Assembly (NCBI GenBank): GCA_963758635.1
Contig: CAVWWD010000008.1
Coordinates: 384,001-448,000, forward strand
DNA: 64,000 nt
Source: an uncultured Candidatus Rokubacteria bacterium
Lineage (GTDB): Bacteria; Methylomirabilota; Methylomirabilia; Rokubacteriales; CSP1-6
Direction: 5' to 3'
Numbering within the stretch: position 1 is the first letter of the stretch; every line of letters starts with the position of its first letter. Below the pieces are notes generated by a model that was given only the letters and a program-made list of their open reading frames with translations, was not told the DNA's origin and searched no databases. A program made the position numbers and the translations under genes. Below, one piece after another: positions 1-11,727 of the stretch.

Positions 1-912
1 CAGGAGATGGACGGGCTCGGCGCGGCCCTCGCCGTGCCGGTGTCCTTCCGCCAGCGCCTCACCGGCTTCCTCCTCCTCGGGCCGCGGCGCTCCGGGCTGC
101 CGTACACGAGCGAGGACCAGCGCCTGCTCCGCTTCGTGGCCAACCACAGCGCGGTGGCGCTGCACAACGCGCGCGCGTACACCGCGCTCCAGGCCGCCAA
201 CACCGAGCTCGCCACCGCGCTCCGGCGCGTGGAGATCCTCGAGTCGATCCGGGCCAACCTGGGGAAGTTCGTGCCGCGCACGGTGCGCGAGCTGATCGAT
301 CTGGCCCCGGAGGCGCCCGAGCTCGAGAAGCGCGAGGTCGACGTGTCGGTGCTGTTCGTGGACATCGCCGGCTACTCGCGGCTCAGCGAGCGGTTCGAGC
401 TCGACGCCCTCAACGAGCTCGTCGAGCGCTACTTCGGCGCGTTCCTCGACGAGATCCTGCGAAACGGCGGCGACGTGAACGAGACGGCGGGCGACGGCCT
501 CATGGTGATCTTCCGCGATCCCGATCCGCGCCGGCACGCCCGCGATGCCGTGCTCACCGCCGCGGGCATCGTGCGCCGGTCTCGCCAGATCAATGCCGAG
601 CGCTACGAGGACCGCGCGCCCATCGAGCTGCACGTGGGCGTGAACTCCGGCGTGGCCGCGGTGGGCGCGACGAAGATCGAGGGCGTGGCGGGCGCCCGCT
701 GGACCTACACCGCCTCCGGCCCCGTGACGAACCTGGCCGCGCGGCTCGCCGCGCTCGGCGCGGGCGACACCGTGTTCGTCGGACCCGAGACGCGCCGCCG
801 CCTCGGCGATGAGCTGCGCCTCGAGGACCTGGGCGAGCGCCGCCTCAAGAACGTGGACGGCGCGGTCCGCGTGTTCGGCCTCGCGGTGGACCCGGCGCCC
901 GCGGTGGCCTGA
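1..912 (+). CDS. Class III adenylate/guanylate cyclase with upstream GAF-like segment (5' truncated by window edge)
   Basis: Motifs VSVLFVDIAGYS, ETAGDGLMVIF, HVGVNSG, GPVTNLAARL and LKNV. GAF-type tail LLLGPRRSGLPYTSED...AVALHNARAY. The frame is open from base 1. Confidence 0.9.
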   Translation, partial: QEMDGLGAALAVPVSFRQRLTGFLLLGPRRSGLPYTSEDQRLLRFVANHSAVALHNARAYTALQAANTELATALRRVEILESIRANLGKFVPRTVRELIDLAPEAPELEKREVDVSVLFVDIAGYSRLSERFELDALNELVERYFGAFLDEILRNGGDVNETAGDGLMVIFRDPDPRRHARDAVLTAAGIVRRSRQINAERYEDRAPIELHVGVNSGVAAVGATKIEGVAGARWTYTASGPVTNLAARLAALGAGDTVFVGPETRRRLGDELRLEDLGERRLKNVDGAVRVFGLAVDPAPAVA

Positions 913-919
913 GGCGCGG

Positions 920-965
920 CGTCTGCGAACACACGTCGGGCGGGCCTCGCCATTCATTCACGAAC
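920..965 (+). repeat. Partial copy of dispersed repeat family D (right end)
   Basis: CTCGCCATTCATTCACG is identical to the reverse complement of the left end of the 27904-27995 copy. TCTGCG..CACACGT matches the 18981 copy. Confidence 0.6.
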
Positions 966-979
966 CCAGGAGGGACGAG

Positions 980-1884
980 ATGACGCGGATCGGATTCATC
1001 GGTGTGGGAACCATGGGATTGCCCATGGCGAAGAACCTCGTGAAGAAGGGCTTCACGGTGAGCGCCTTCGACATGAACCCGGCCGCGGTGCAGGCGGCGG
1101 TTGCCGCGGGAATGACCGGGACCGCGTCCGCGGCCGAGGTCGTGGCCACGGCCGACGTGGTCGTGACGATGCTGCCGTCGTCGCCCAACGTGGAGTCGGC
1201 GTACACGGGGGACGGCGGGGTCCTGGCCGCGGCGCGGAAGGGCACGCTCTGCGTGGACATGTCCACCATCGATCCCGGGGTCTCGCGGCGCGTTGGCGCT
1301 GCCGCCGTCGAGCGCGGGCTGCGCTTCGTCGACGCCCCGGTGTCCGGCGGCGTCCCGCGAGCCATCGACGGGACGCTCGCCATCATGGTCGGCGGCTCCG
1401 AGGCCGACTTCGCGGCGGCGCGCCCCGTGCTCGAGGCGATGGGAGCCAACATCTTCCACGTGGGGCCGGTGGGCAGCGGCGAGGTCGTGAAGCTCTGCAA
1501 CAACCTGATCGCGGGAGTCTCGGCGGTGGCGGTGAGCGAGGCGTTCCGGCTCGCCGAGGCGTTCGGCGTCGATCCGCGCACGGCCACCGACGTGATCGCC
1601 AAGTCCTCGGGCAACACGTGGGTGATGGAGGCGGCCCATCCCGTCCCCGGGCTCGTGCCGCGCGCGGCCTCGAGCCAGGGCTACGCGCCGGGCTTCATGA
1701 CGGACTCATGTGCAAGGACGTGGGGCTCGCCGTGGACGCCGCGCGCGCCCATCGGATCCCGATGTTCGTGGCGCCGGCGGCGCAGCAGGTCTACCGGCTC
1801 GCGTCCTCGCACGGCCTGGGCCGCCAGGACTTCACGAGCGTCTACACGTTCCTGAAGCCGTCGTCCGACCAGGCCCCCGTGTAG
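980..1884 (+). CDS. mmsB: 3-hydroxyisobutyrate dehydrogenase family (one apparent frameshift near 1705)
   Basis: IGFIGVGTMGLPMA, DMSTI, FVDAPVSGG and KLCNN. The C-terminus (LMCKDVGLA...QDFTSVY) continues in the 1618..1884 frame. RBS AGGAGG upstream. Confidence 0.85.
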
Positions 1885-2080
1885 AGAGGCGACGCCCCGG
1901 GCCCTCCCGCGACGCGCCGCGGGGCGAATGCTCAGTGCGCGGACCGAAGCGCCGTTCCCGGCTGCCCTTGGCGGCAGAGGTGCAGGGGCGAGGGGCGGCC
2001 GAGCAAGCACCCGGACGGTCTCGCCGCCGAGGCTGCGTGCCACCGACCCTCACCCCAGCGCTCGCCCTCGAGAGGGCCGA

Positions 2081-2183
2081 GGGAGCGGGCGGGCGCAGCC
2101 CGGGCGCCCGCGCCCCGTCGTGCGCTGCGCGAAGTGGCCGCAGGGTGCGGGCGGGCGCAGCCCGGGCGCCCGCACCATGGTGA
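2081..2183 (+). repeat. Palindromic repeat family A (REP-like), 2 copies
   Basis: GGGTGCGGGC-GGGCGCAGCCC-GGGYGCCCGCACC-ATGGTGA, the same unit as at 55271-55536 and 57923-58067. Confidence 0.85.
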
Positions 2184-2189
2184 TACACT
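2181..2189 (+). promoter_or_regulatory. Putative extended -10 promoter (TGaTACACT) for the DUF748 gene
   Basis: TGn-TAnnnT match about 85 nt upstream of GTG 2274, in a GC-rich background. Confidence 0.45.
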
Positions 2190-2273
2190 TCGGGGCAGAG
2201 TCGTCGTCAGGTTCCCTTCATCGGCGCCCATGCCGCATCCCCGCGAACCCCACGCCCGGACGAGAGGATTCCC

Positions 2274-5200
2274 GTGAGCCGACGGCTCAAGATCCTGCTC
2301 GCCGTCTTCGTCGTCGCGGTCGCGACGGTGACGGTGGCAGGGCGCCGTGTCGGTCTGGCTCCTGCCCGACATCATCCGGCGCGAGGCGATGACCCGCATT
2401 CCCGCCCTGACCGGCCGCGCCGTCCGCATCGAGGACGTGGACCTGAACCTGTTCACCGGGCGCTTCGCGGTGAAGGGGATCTGGGTCGCCGAGCGCGACG
2501 GGCGCACCCCCTTCGTGGAGCTGTCGCGCGTGGAGGGCCGCGTGTGGCTCCCGTCGCTCCTCGCCATGGACGTCCGGCTGCTCGATCTGCGCCTCGTGGG
2601 CCTCTCCGCGCGGGTGGCGCGCACGGGCGAGCAGGAGTTCAACTTCTCCGACCTCATGGACCTCATCCTGAAGGCGGACCCCGCCGCGAAGCCGACGCGC
2701 TGGACCTTCACGCTCGACCAGGTCGCCCTCGAGCAGGGGCGGGTCCACGCCGAGGATCGCTTCGTCTCTCCCGCCGCGAGCTGGTCGATCGATCGGCTGG
2801 AGGCGAACGCGACGGGCATCACCAAGCGCAGTGGCGCGCCGCCCGGGCGGCTCACCGTGCGGCTCAAGCTCGGCGAGCTGGAGGTGGACGCCGCCGCGGA
2901 CGACGTGCGGCTCGCGCCGGTGATCCTCGCCGCGAAGGTCACGGTGAAGGGGCTGGACCTGGCGCGGCTCGTGCCCTACGTGCCGCCCGGCACCCCGGTC
3001 GTGGCCGAGTCCGGCGCGCTCGCCGTCTCGCTGTCGCTGGGCTGGAAGCGCGAGCCCGGCCGCGTCGACGTCGCGGTGGTGCGCGGCGACGTGAACCTGA
3101 GCGCGCTCGCCCTCACCCAGCCGGGGCGGACCGCGCCGTTCGCGACGATCCCGCGCATGAGCGTCCGGATCAAGGAGGCCGACGCCATCAGCCGGCGCGT
3201 CGTCATCGAGCGCGTCCTGATCGAGGGGCTCGAGGTCCGCGCTGTCCGTGACGACGCCGGCCAGGTCGATCTCCTCGGGCCGTTCGCGGTGAAGCGGGAG
3301 GCGCCCGGCCCGCCCGATCCCGCGGCGGTGCCGGTGCCCGCGGCGCGCCCCGCCCCGGAGCGCCCGTGGCACGTGCGCGTGGAGCAGGTCGCCGTCACCT
3401 CGGCCACGGCGGTCTTCACCGACGGGATGGCCTCGCCCGCCGTGGACTGGCGGGTCGCGGGCGTGAGCTTCGAGGCGGCGGGCCTGGACACGGACACGCA
3501 GGCCACGCCGGGAACGATGCGGCTCGACGCCGAGCTCACCGCATCGAGCGCGCCCGCCGATGCGTGCGGCCGTCAGCGTGACCGCGACGGCCCTCCGCGT
3601 CCAGCCGACGAGCGCGTCGTTCAAGGCCACGATCAAGGGCTTCGACGAGGAGAGCACGGTGCCCTACGTGCCCGTGGGGACGCCGATCAGCGTGATCGCC
3701 GGCATCTTCGACGCCGAGGCGGACATCGACCTCCACCCGCACGTGCCGGCGGCGGCGCCCCCGCCTGGTGCGCCTCCCGCGCCCGCCCTGGTCGTCGACG
3801 TGCCACGCTTCACGCTGTCCTCCGAATCCCTGACGCTGGCCGACCACACGCTGTCGCCACCGCACGAGTGGGAGCTCCGCGGCGTGCAGATCAGCGGCGG
3901 CGGCCTGTCCACCTCGCCCGACGATCCGCCGGCCAAGCGTGACGGTGCGCGCGCGCGTCGGCCCGCCGGGAGTGGCCGACCCCGCGCGGCTCCACGTGCA
4001 GGCCGACGCGCTGCGCGTGTTCCGCCGGGCGAGCCGCGTGCGGGTCAACGTCACCGACTTCAAGCTCGCCTGGCTGGAGGAGTACGTGCCGCCCGCCGTG
4101 CGCGCCGTGCCGAGCACGGGGCTCCTCGCGGCCGACGTGGAGGCGCGGCTCGGTCGCAACCGCTCCGGTGTGACGCGCGCCCGGGCCGGGGGCACGGCGA
4201 CCCTCACCGGCGTCGGCGTGGTCCGGCGGGGCGAGTCGGTCCCGTTCCTGACCGCGCCGAAGATCACCGTCGCCCTGCGACGGGCCGACCTGGTCGCGCG
4301 CACGATCGATCTCACCAGCGCCGCCGTCGAAGGCTTCAGAGTGCGCGTGCTGCGGGGAGCCGACGGGCGAACCGACATCCTGGACCTTCGGCCCTCGCCC
4401 GAGCCACCGCCCGCGGCCGCGGCAACGTCGGGCGTGGCCGCGGCCCCCGGCGCCCTGCCGCTGCCGTGGACCATCAACGCGGACCGGCTCAGCGTGACGA
4501 GAGGCCGGGCGGAGTTCGTGGATGAGACCGTCTCGCCGCCGGTCACGCTCAACGTGCGCGACATCGAGGTGCTCGGGCAGCAGGTCACGTGGCCCGGGAC
4601 CAAGCCCGCCACGATCACCGTGGGCGTCGGCATGCCGGGCGGGGGCCGCACGGACGTGCGGCTGACCGGCACCCTCGAGCCGCTCGACGTGCAGCTCCGG
4701 ACGACCACGCGCGACGCGGAGATCACGCCCTACGCCTCGTATTTCCCGTTCCCGGCGAGCTTTCGCGGGCGCTTCAACGGCGACAGCCTGAGCGAGGTCA
4801 AGAAGGAGGGTGACGAGTACCGGGCCGCGTCCCGCGGCACGGGGTGGGCCACCGACCTCGAGGTCGTGGACCCGGAGTCGCCCACGCCGCCGGCGCGCGT
4901 GGAGCGCATGGAGATCCGCGGCATCGACTTCTCCTGGCCCAACTACGCCCTGGTCGACAAGATAGTGTTCGTGCGGCCGGAGGCGCGCGTCGAGCGCGCG
5001 CGCGATGGAACGATCAATCTCCGGCGCTTGTTCACGCCGCGAAAGCGCGAGGACGCCGCCGAGGCCCCGGCCCCCGCCGTGCCGCCGGCGCCGAAGGAGA
5101 GCGAGCCGGCCTCGGCCGAGGCGCCGCCCAAGCCCCCGCTCATCCAGACGATCGTGCTCGACTTCTCGGAGATCGCGATCGAGGACGGCCACCTCGCCTT

Positions 5201-6310
5201 TCACGACCAGACGACGACGCCGGCCTTCTCGGAGGAGATCTCGAAGCTCGCCCTGACCGTGAAGGGCCTGTCCAACGTGTTCGGGCGCCAGCAGACGACC
5301 CTCGTGGCCACCGCCGCGGTGGGCGGCGACGCCGCGCTGGACCTGCGCGGCGAGGTGTCGGGGATCGGCGAGACGTTGCGCGCCGACCTCGTGGGCGAGA
5401 TCCGTGGCTTCGACCTCACGAGCGCCAACCCGTACTCGGACGGGCTCACGTCGTGGGTAGTCCAGCACGGCACGCTCGACGCCAAGGTTCATTACCGGAT
5501 CGAGGGGGACCGCATCACCGCCGAGCACGACGTGAACTTCGGCGGGCTCCGGGTGGCGAAGGGGCCCGGCGAGGACGAGGCAAAGAAGCGCCTCGGGCTC
5601 CCCCTCGGGCTCATCGTCGGCCTCATGAAAGACACCCAGGGCAACATCGACTTCAACCTGCCCATCACGGGCTCGCTGGCCGATCGCAGCTTCGACTGGA
5701 ACAGCGCGATCTGGGCGGGCGCCAAGCAGGCGATCCTGAAGGCGCTGGCCGGACCCTTCCGGGCCATCGGCCGTCTGTTCACGGGCGGCGGGGGCGGGGG
5801 GGAACCGAAGGTCGAGTCGATCGACATCAACCCCGTCACGTTCGCGCCGGGGAGCGCGGTGATCGCTCCCTCCGAGGAGCGGCACCTGTCCCAGGTCGCC
5901 GAGTTCCTCCGGAAATCCCCGTTCGTCACGCTGTCGGCCACCGCGATCGCCACCGGGCCGGATCTGGAGAGCTTGCGGACCCAGGCGCTCACCGCGCGCA
6001 TCGTGAAGCTCCAGGAGGACCGGAAGCTCGCCGACTTCCCCGCCGCCGTGCAGGCGTACTACCGCGCGCTCCGCATCCCGGGCAAGCGGCCCCCACCGCG
6101 GAGGAGCAGCTCGCCGCGCTCCGCGCGCGCGAGCCCGCGCCCGATCCCGCGGTGATCCGTGATCTCCTCGATCGGCGCGCGGCGGCGACCACCGGCGCCC
6201 TGACCCGGCTCGAGGGCATCGCGGCGGAACGGATCCGCCGCGCCGAGCCGCGCTCGATCCTCACCGAGGCCGGCCCGGGCCGCGTGGAGTTCTCCCTCGG
6301 TGAGCAGTGA
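2274..6310 (+). CDS. Large DUF748 (AsmA-like) envelope protein, about 1340 aa, split by about 4 apparent frameshifts (~2341, ~3550, ~3938, ~6090)
   Basis: N-terminal membrane anchor, TGRAVRIEDVDLNLFTG, repeated beta-rich modules, LPLGLIVGLMKDTQGNIDFNLPITGSL, and an OmpA-like tail (VTFAPGSA...RVEFSL). Consecutive ORFs 2274, 2347, 3560, 3939 and the tail of 4844 join up. Confidence 0.8.
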
Positions 6311-6319
6311 CGTGGGCTT

Positions 6320-6328
6320 TGCTATACT
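6320..6328 (+). promoter_or_regulatory. Putative extended -10 promoter (TGcTATACT) of the AOR operon
   Basis: Near-consensus TGnTATAAT about 50 nt upstream of ATG 6377. Confidence 0.55.
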
Positions 6329-6376
6329 CCGGTCGCCGCTTCATTCCCATCACCGAGGAGGCACGCCGCGGGCGCC

Positions 6377-6847
6377 ATGAAAGTCCTCGCACTCTACCCC
6401 GAGAAGTGCACCGGCTGCCTCCGGTGCGAGCTGGCGTGCTCGTACGTGCAGACAGGGACGTACCAGCCGTCCAAGTCAGTGATCCGCGTCTCGCCCTTCG
6501 AGGGCCACACGTCCTACGCCCCGTACACGTGCACCCAGTGCGCCGAGGGGTGGTGCATGACGGCGTGTCCGGTGGGGGCCATCCAGATCAACGCCGCCGG
6601 CGCCAAGGACGTGCTCGACGATCGCTGCGTGGGGTGCAAGCTCTGCACGATCGCCTGCCCGTACGGGACGATGTTCTACGACGCCGACACCCAGAAGGCG
6701 TTCAAGTGCAACCTGTGCGGCGGCGCGCCTGCGTGCGCCGACGCGTGCCCGACGCAGGCCATCGTGTACCACGACGCGGAGACCATCGACTGGCTGGGGG
6801 ACTTCGCGAGCGAGCGGACGGTGCGCGTCCTCCAGGAGGCGCGCTGA
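6377..6847 (+). CDS. 4Fe-4S dicluster electron-transfer protein (AorA-like)
   Basis: Four Cys clusters: CTGCLRCELAC, CTQC..CMTACP, CVGCKLCTIACP and KCNLC...CADACP. Confidence 0.9.
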   Translation: MKVLALYPEKCTGCLRCELACSYVQTGTYQPSKSVIRVSPFEGHTSYAPYTCTQCAEGWCMTACPVGAIQINAAGAKDVLDDRCVGCKLCTIACPYGTMFYDADTQKAFKCNLCGGAPACADACPTQAIVYHDAETIDWLGDFASERTVRVLQEAR

Positions 6848-8191
6848 TGCCGCGCCGGCACCTCGTCATCGGGGGTGGCACCGCCGGCCTGAACGCGATC
6901 CGCACGATCCGCGAGGAGGACGGCGGCGAGTCCGAGATCACCCTCGTCTCCGCCGAGCGTCCCTACTCCCGGATGGTCCTGCCGTACTACCTGGGCAACA
7001 CCATCGCCGAGTCCCACGTGTTCACGGCGACGCCCGCCTCGCTGGCCGCATGGAAGGTGAAGAGCCTGGTGGGACGCAAGGCCGCCTCGCTCGACACCGC
7101 GAAGAACACGCTGACGCTCGACGATGGCGGCACGGTGGAGTACGACGACTGCCTGATCGCCACCGGCTCGCGGGCGGCGAAGGCGCCGATCCCGGGAGCG
7201 GACGGCCCCGGCATCCACTGCTTCTGGACGATCGACGAGGCCCGCGCGGTCGTCGCATCCGTGAAGCCGGGCACGCGGGTGGTCATGGTGGGGGCCGGCT
7301 TCATCGCCTTCACGATCCTGAACGCGATCCTCGCCCGCGGGGCCGCGCTCACCATCGTCGAGGTGGCGCCGCGGATCCTGCCCCGCATGGTCGACGCGGA
7401 GTGCGCGGCCATCGTGGAGTCCTGGCTCACCCGGCACGGCGTGGCCATCCGCGCGGGCGCCACGGTGACCGGGATCGAGGAGGACCGAGGCCGGCGCCGG
7501 CTCCGGTTCCAGAAGGGCGATCCGCTGGCCGCGGACATCGTCATCATGGCCACCGGCATCCGCACCAACCTCGAATGGCTCCAGGGATCGGGCATCGAGA
7601 CCGTGGACGGCGGGCAGGGAGGCATCCTGGTCGACGACCACCTGCGCAGCAACGTGCGGAACGTGTACGCGGCGGGCGACGTGGCGCGCGGCCGGAACCT
7701 GGTCACCGGCGCCGCGGAGGTGCACGCCATCGAGCCGACGGCGCAGGAGCACGGGCGCGTGGTCGGCGCGAACATGGCGGGCCGTGACGTCGCCTACCGC
7801 GGCAGCCTCATCATGAACATCGTGGAGGTCTGCCACCTCGACGTGGCGTCGTTCGGCCAGTGGGAGGACGCCTCCGCCGACGTGTACACGCGCGGTGCGC
7901 CGCGACCGGAGCGCCTACCGGAAGCTCCTCTTCCACGGGGGGCGGCTCACGGGCGCCATGATCGCGGGCCAGGCCGGCGACGTGTGGACCACCAACGACG
8001 TCGGCATGCTGAAGGGCCTCGTCCAGTCGGGTACCGACCTCTCCGCCTGGAAGGGCCATCTGGCCGCGAACCCGTTCGACGTGAAGCCGGCGTTCATCGC
8101 CACGCGCACCACGGCGCGGCTCCTGCCGGACACCGTGCTCGGCCGGCCCTCGAACTCACCACAGCTTCCCCACACGGTCGCGATGCGATGA
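6847..8191 (+). CDS. FAD/NAD(P)-dependent oxidoreductase (AorC/NirB-like; apparent frameshift ~7893)
   Basis: VIGGGTAG, LIATGS, VGAGFIA and VYAAGDVA. The C-terminus lies in the 7895..8191 frame. Start overlaps the upstream stop (TGATG). Confidence 0.85.
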
Positions 8192-8228
8192 GCATCGTCG
8201 TCGCGACACCGTCCTGGAGGCGATGCGA

Positions 8229-10230
8229 ATGAGCCCGACCGCGACCGCGAAGCGCCCCGCATCGAAGACGGCCCGCCCGGCGCCGGCAGCCACGAGGCCC
8301 GCCGGCGCCTCCGCGAAGCTCCCCGGTGGCTACACGGGGCGGCTGCTCCGGGTGAACATGACCACCGGCACGTGCTGGGTGGAGCCGTGGAGCCCCGACG
8401 ACATGCGCGAGTACCTGGGCGGGGTCGGGCTCGGCGCCAGGATCCTCTACGAGGAGGTGGGCCCGAAGGCGAGCTGGGATCACCCCGACAACCGTCTCGT
8501 GCTGGCCACCGGGCCGCTGGCCGGGCTGCCGGTGTGGGGCACAGGCGGCCTCACCGTGATCACGCGCGGCGCCCTCACCAACGGCGCCACCTCCACGCAG
8601 GCCAACGGCTTCTTCGGCGCCGCGCTGAAGTACTCCGGATACGACGCGATCATCGTCCAGGGGCAGGCGAAGACCCTGTCCTACCTCTACATCAACGACG
8701 ACGTGATCGAGGTGCGCGACGCCGCGCACCTGGCCGGCAAGGACACCTGGGAGACGCAGCAGGCGCTCGAGGTCGAGCACGGGCTCTCCGGCCACCGGCT
8801 CTCCGTGTACTGCATCGGCCCCGCGGGCGAGAACGTCGTGCGGTTCGCGGCCATCCACGGCGACTACGGGCACGTGGCGTCGAAGAACGGCTGCGGCGCC
8901 GTCATGGGCAAGAAGAAGCTCAAGGCGGTGTGCATCGTGCGGGGCACCAAGGCGCTCGTGGTCCACGATCCCCGCGGCGTGGTGCAGGCCGCGGACGACA
9001 TCGCCCACGACCTGAAGACCGATCCCTCAACGTCCACGCTCTACCGCCTGGGAACGCTGCCCGGCGTGTTCAACCTCTCCAGGCTGGGCGTGCTGCCGAT
9101 CAAGAACTACACGACCAACCTCACCGGCATGGACATGGCGGACTGGGAAGGCCCGAAGCTCCGCGAGGGCTTCGACCACCGCGGGCACCAGTGCAACGCC
9201 TGCGGCATGATGCACTGCCACATCCAGGTCATCGGCAAGGGGCCGAAGAAGGGCGAGCTGGTCGACGAGCCCGAGTACGAGGGCTGGTCGGGCGCGGGCT
9301 GGACGTGCGGCATCACCGACAAGGAGGCGATCACCTGGCTCAACACGCGCATCGACCGGGCGTGCGTGGACGTGAACGAGTTCGGCTGGGTGTGCGGCTG
9401 GGTGATGGAGTGCATGGAGAAGGGCTACCTCACCGAGGAGCAGGTGGGGTTCCGCATCGGCTTCGGTGACTGGGAGGGCGCCTACCGGCTGCTGCAGATG
9501 ATCAGCCACCGGGAGGGCTTCGGCGACATCCTCGCCGAGGGCGTCAAGCGCGCCTCGGAGCGCATCGGCGGTCCCGCCGCGGACTGCGCGATCTACACGA
9601 GGAAGGGCGCGAGCCCGCGCGGCCACGATCACCGCGGCCGCTGGGAGGAGATGCTCGATACCTGCACGTCGTCCAACGGGACGATGGAGAGCGCCAACCC
9701 GACGCATCAGACCGAGGTCGGCGCGCCGGCCCGCATCAACCCCTTCGACGGCGAGCAGGTGGCGCGGCTGGTGGGCATGATCCAGGGGCGGCGCCACTTC
9801 GAGGACTCCCTGGGCGGCTGCTCGTTCACCTTCCGGTCGCGGATGGAGATGCTGGCGCGCGCGCTCTCGGCGGCCACGGGCTGGACCTACGGGCTCGCCG
9901 ACGCCGTCCGGCTCGGCAAGCGCACGAGCGCCATCCTGCGCGCGTTCAACCTCCGCTGCGGGATCGGCACCGAACGTCGAGTACCCGTCGAAGCGCTACG
10001 GCTCCCAGCCGGTCGACGGCCCGGCCAAGGACCACAACGTCATGGACCAGTGGGAGCGCATGCTCAACGTCTGGTACGAGACGGTGAGCTACGACCGGAA
10101 GACCGGCAAGCCGAAGAAAGAGCTGCTCCAGTCCCTGGGCCTGCCACACCTCGTGAAGGATCTCTATGGTGCAGGGCCTGCAGGGCGAGGTGAGCCAAAG
10201 GCGAGCCGAGCGAAAGCAAAAAAGAAGTAG
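8229..10230 (+). CDS. aor: Tungsten-type aldehyde:ferredoxin oxidoreductase family protein (apparent frameshift ~9975)
   Basis: GGYTGRLLRVNMT, YLGGVGLG, GGFFG-like ANGFFGAALKYSGYD, IGPAGEN, GAVMGKK, EPEYE, LAEG and DSLGGC. The C-terminus lies in the 10042..10230 frame. Confidence 0.9.
10185..10212 (-). repeat. Family B core embedded in the AOR 3' coding end
   Basis: GCGAGGTGAGCCAAAGGCGAGCCGAGCG is the reverse complement of the CGCTCGGCTCGCCTnCGGCTCACCTCGC core at 16.6, 24.5 and 25.6 kb. Confidence 0.8.
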
Positions 10231-10299
10231 AAACCACCGGCGACCCTCGAGAACCAAAGTGATCGTCGAAGCCATCGACACCAGCCGACGCAGGGCGCC

Positions 10300-10614
10300 A
10301 TGACTCCCGCCACCGCCACCGCCACGGTCGAGGTCGCCGCCTGGGTGACGCGCCTCGCCGGTGGCGACGGCACCGGCCAGCGGTTCCACGACGAGCCGCT
10401 GCAAGACGGTGACACCGTGGGCGACGTGCTCCGGCGCTTCAGCGCGCGCTTCCCCGAGCTGGACGCCGCGCTGTGGCTCCACGGCCGGAAGGATCTCGGC
10501 GAGCACATCGAGGTTCTGGTGGATGACGCCGCGCTGGGTGTCACCCATGACCTCACGTCTCTCCTGAAGGGCGGCGAGCGCATCACGCTCCTCGGCCAGT
10601 TCATGGGCGGGTGA
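10300..10614 (+). CDS. MoaD/ThiS family sulfur carrier
   Basis: Ubiquitin-like size, TVGDVL, C-terminal GG; follows aor. Confidence 0.85.
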   Translation: MTPATATATVEVAAWVTRLAGGDGTGQRFHDEPLQDGDTVGDVLRRFSARFPELDAALWLHGRKDLGEHIEVLVDDAALGVTHDLTSLLKGGERITLLGQFMGG

Positions 10615-10692
10615 TCCGGGAAATTGGCGGTCGTTGAGCTGCGGTCTTGAATGGAAAGTTGGTAGTCGGTTTCTCGCTGCCTGAGCTTCGAA

Positions 10693-10739
10693 CCCCCTCT
10701 CCCCCTGCGCCCGCGGAGAGGGGCAGGGGAGAGGGGGGG
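10693..10739. repeat. GC-rich inverted repeat (hairpin)
   Basis: CCCCCTCTCCCCCTGC ... GCAGGGGAGAGGGGG, a near-perfect stem with no U-tract. Confidence 0.6.
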
Positions 10740-10740
10740 C

Positions 10741-11589
10741 ATGATCAAGCCGTGGAACCGACCGCAGACCGTCATGAACCTGCGCGAGTATCGGGTCGTT
10801 GCGCGTAACACGTCGACGAACAGCGAGAACAAGATCCACGACGACACGGTGGCGCGGCAGTACGGGTTTCACGGCGGGCTCGTGCCCGGGGTCACCGTCT
10901 ACGCGTACCTGACCCACGCGCTCGTGGACACGTTCGGGCCGGCGTGGCTCGAGCGCGGCACGGCCAGCGTGAAGTTCGTCAAGCCGATCTTCGAGGGCGA
11001 GGAGGTGCTGGTGTCAGGGCAGGTGGACGAGTCGGACCCTGCCACGGTGACCGTGACGCTCACCGCGTCCACCGCGGCGCGGGGCGCCTGCGGCGTGGGC
11101 ACGGCGACCCTGCCGTCAGCGAAGCCCGACCCCGTCGACGACCGCGCGTACCAGGCGGCGTCGCTGCCCCTCGACCGCCCGGAGGCCACGCGCGAGGTCC
11201 TCGCCTCGCTCGGAGTCCTCGGGTCTCCGGAGGCTCACTACGACGAAGGCTGCGCCGCCGACTACGTGGCGAAGGTGTCGGAGGAGCTGCCCGTCTACCG
11301 GGGCGCCGGCGGGCTGGTGCAGCCCGGCTTCCTGCTCCACCTGGCCAACCAGGCGCTGTCGCAGAACGTGCGGCTCGGCCCCTGGATCCATACCGGAAGC
11401 GTCGTACGGAACCTCCGCGCCGGACAGATCGGCGAGGTCCTGTCCGCCCGGGGCCGGGTCCGCGCCCTGACCGAGAAGAAGGGCCGGGAGTCCGTCGAGC
11501 TCGACCTGCTGCTGCTGGGCGGCGATCGGCCGATCACGCACGTGTACCACTCCGCCATTTATCGCCTTCCCGCTCCCGCGTCCTCGTAA
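10741..11589 (+). CDS. Double hotdog-fold (MaoC-like) protein; alternative start 10774
   Basis: NKIHDDTVARQYGFHGGLVPGV and VKFVKPIFEGE resemble the MaoC hydratase motif. The second half repeats the fold (GPWIHTGS...RGRV). Confidence 0.7.
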   Translation: MIKPWNRPQTVMNLREYRVVARNTSTNSENKIHDDTVARQYGFHGGLVPGVTVYAYLTHALVDTFGPAWLERGTASVKFVKPIFEGEEVLVSGQVDESDPATVTVTLTASTAARGACGVGTATLPSAKPDPVDDRAYQAASLPLDRPEATREVLASLGVLGSPEAHYDEGCAADYVAKVSEELPVYRGAGGLVQPGFLLHLANQALSQNVRLGPWIHTGSVVRNLRAGQIGEVLSARGRVRALTEKKGRESVELDLLLLGGDRPITHVYHSAIYRLPAPASS

Positions 11590-11727
11590 GAAGGGCTCCG
11601 AGCCGGGGTTTTCCCGCTTCTTCGTGGTCCAACCGCGGTTTCTGCCTTGACTCACGCGGATGCCCTGTGCTAACTGAGCGTGCGGGTGCCGGGCGCTCCT
11701 CCCACTTTCAGTCCCCGAGAGGTAGTG

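Noticed and set aside
10693..10739. Rho-independent terminator
   Set aside because: A strong stem but no U-tract on either strand; kept only as an inverted repeat.
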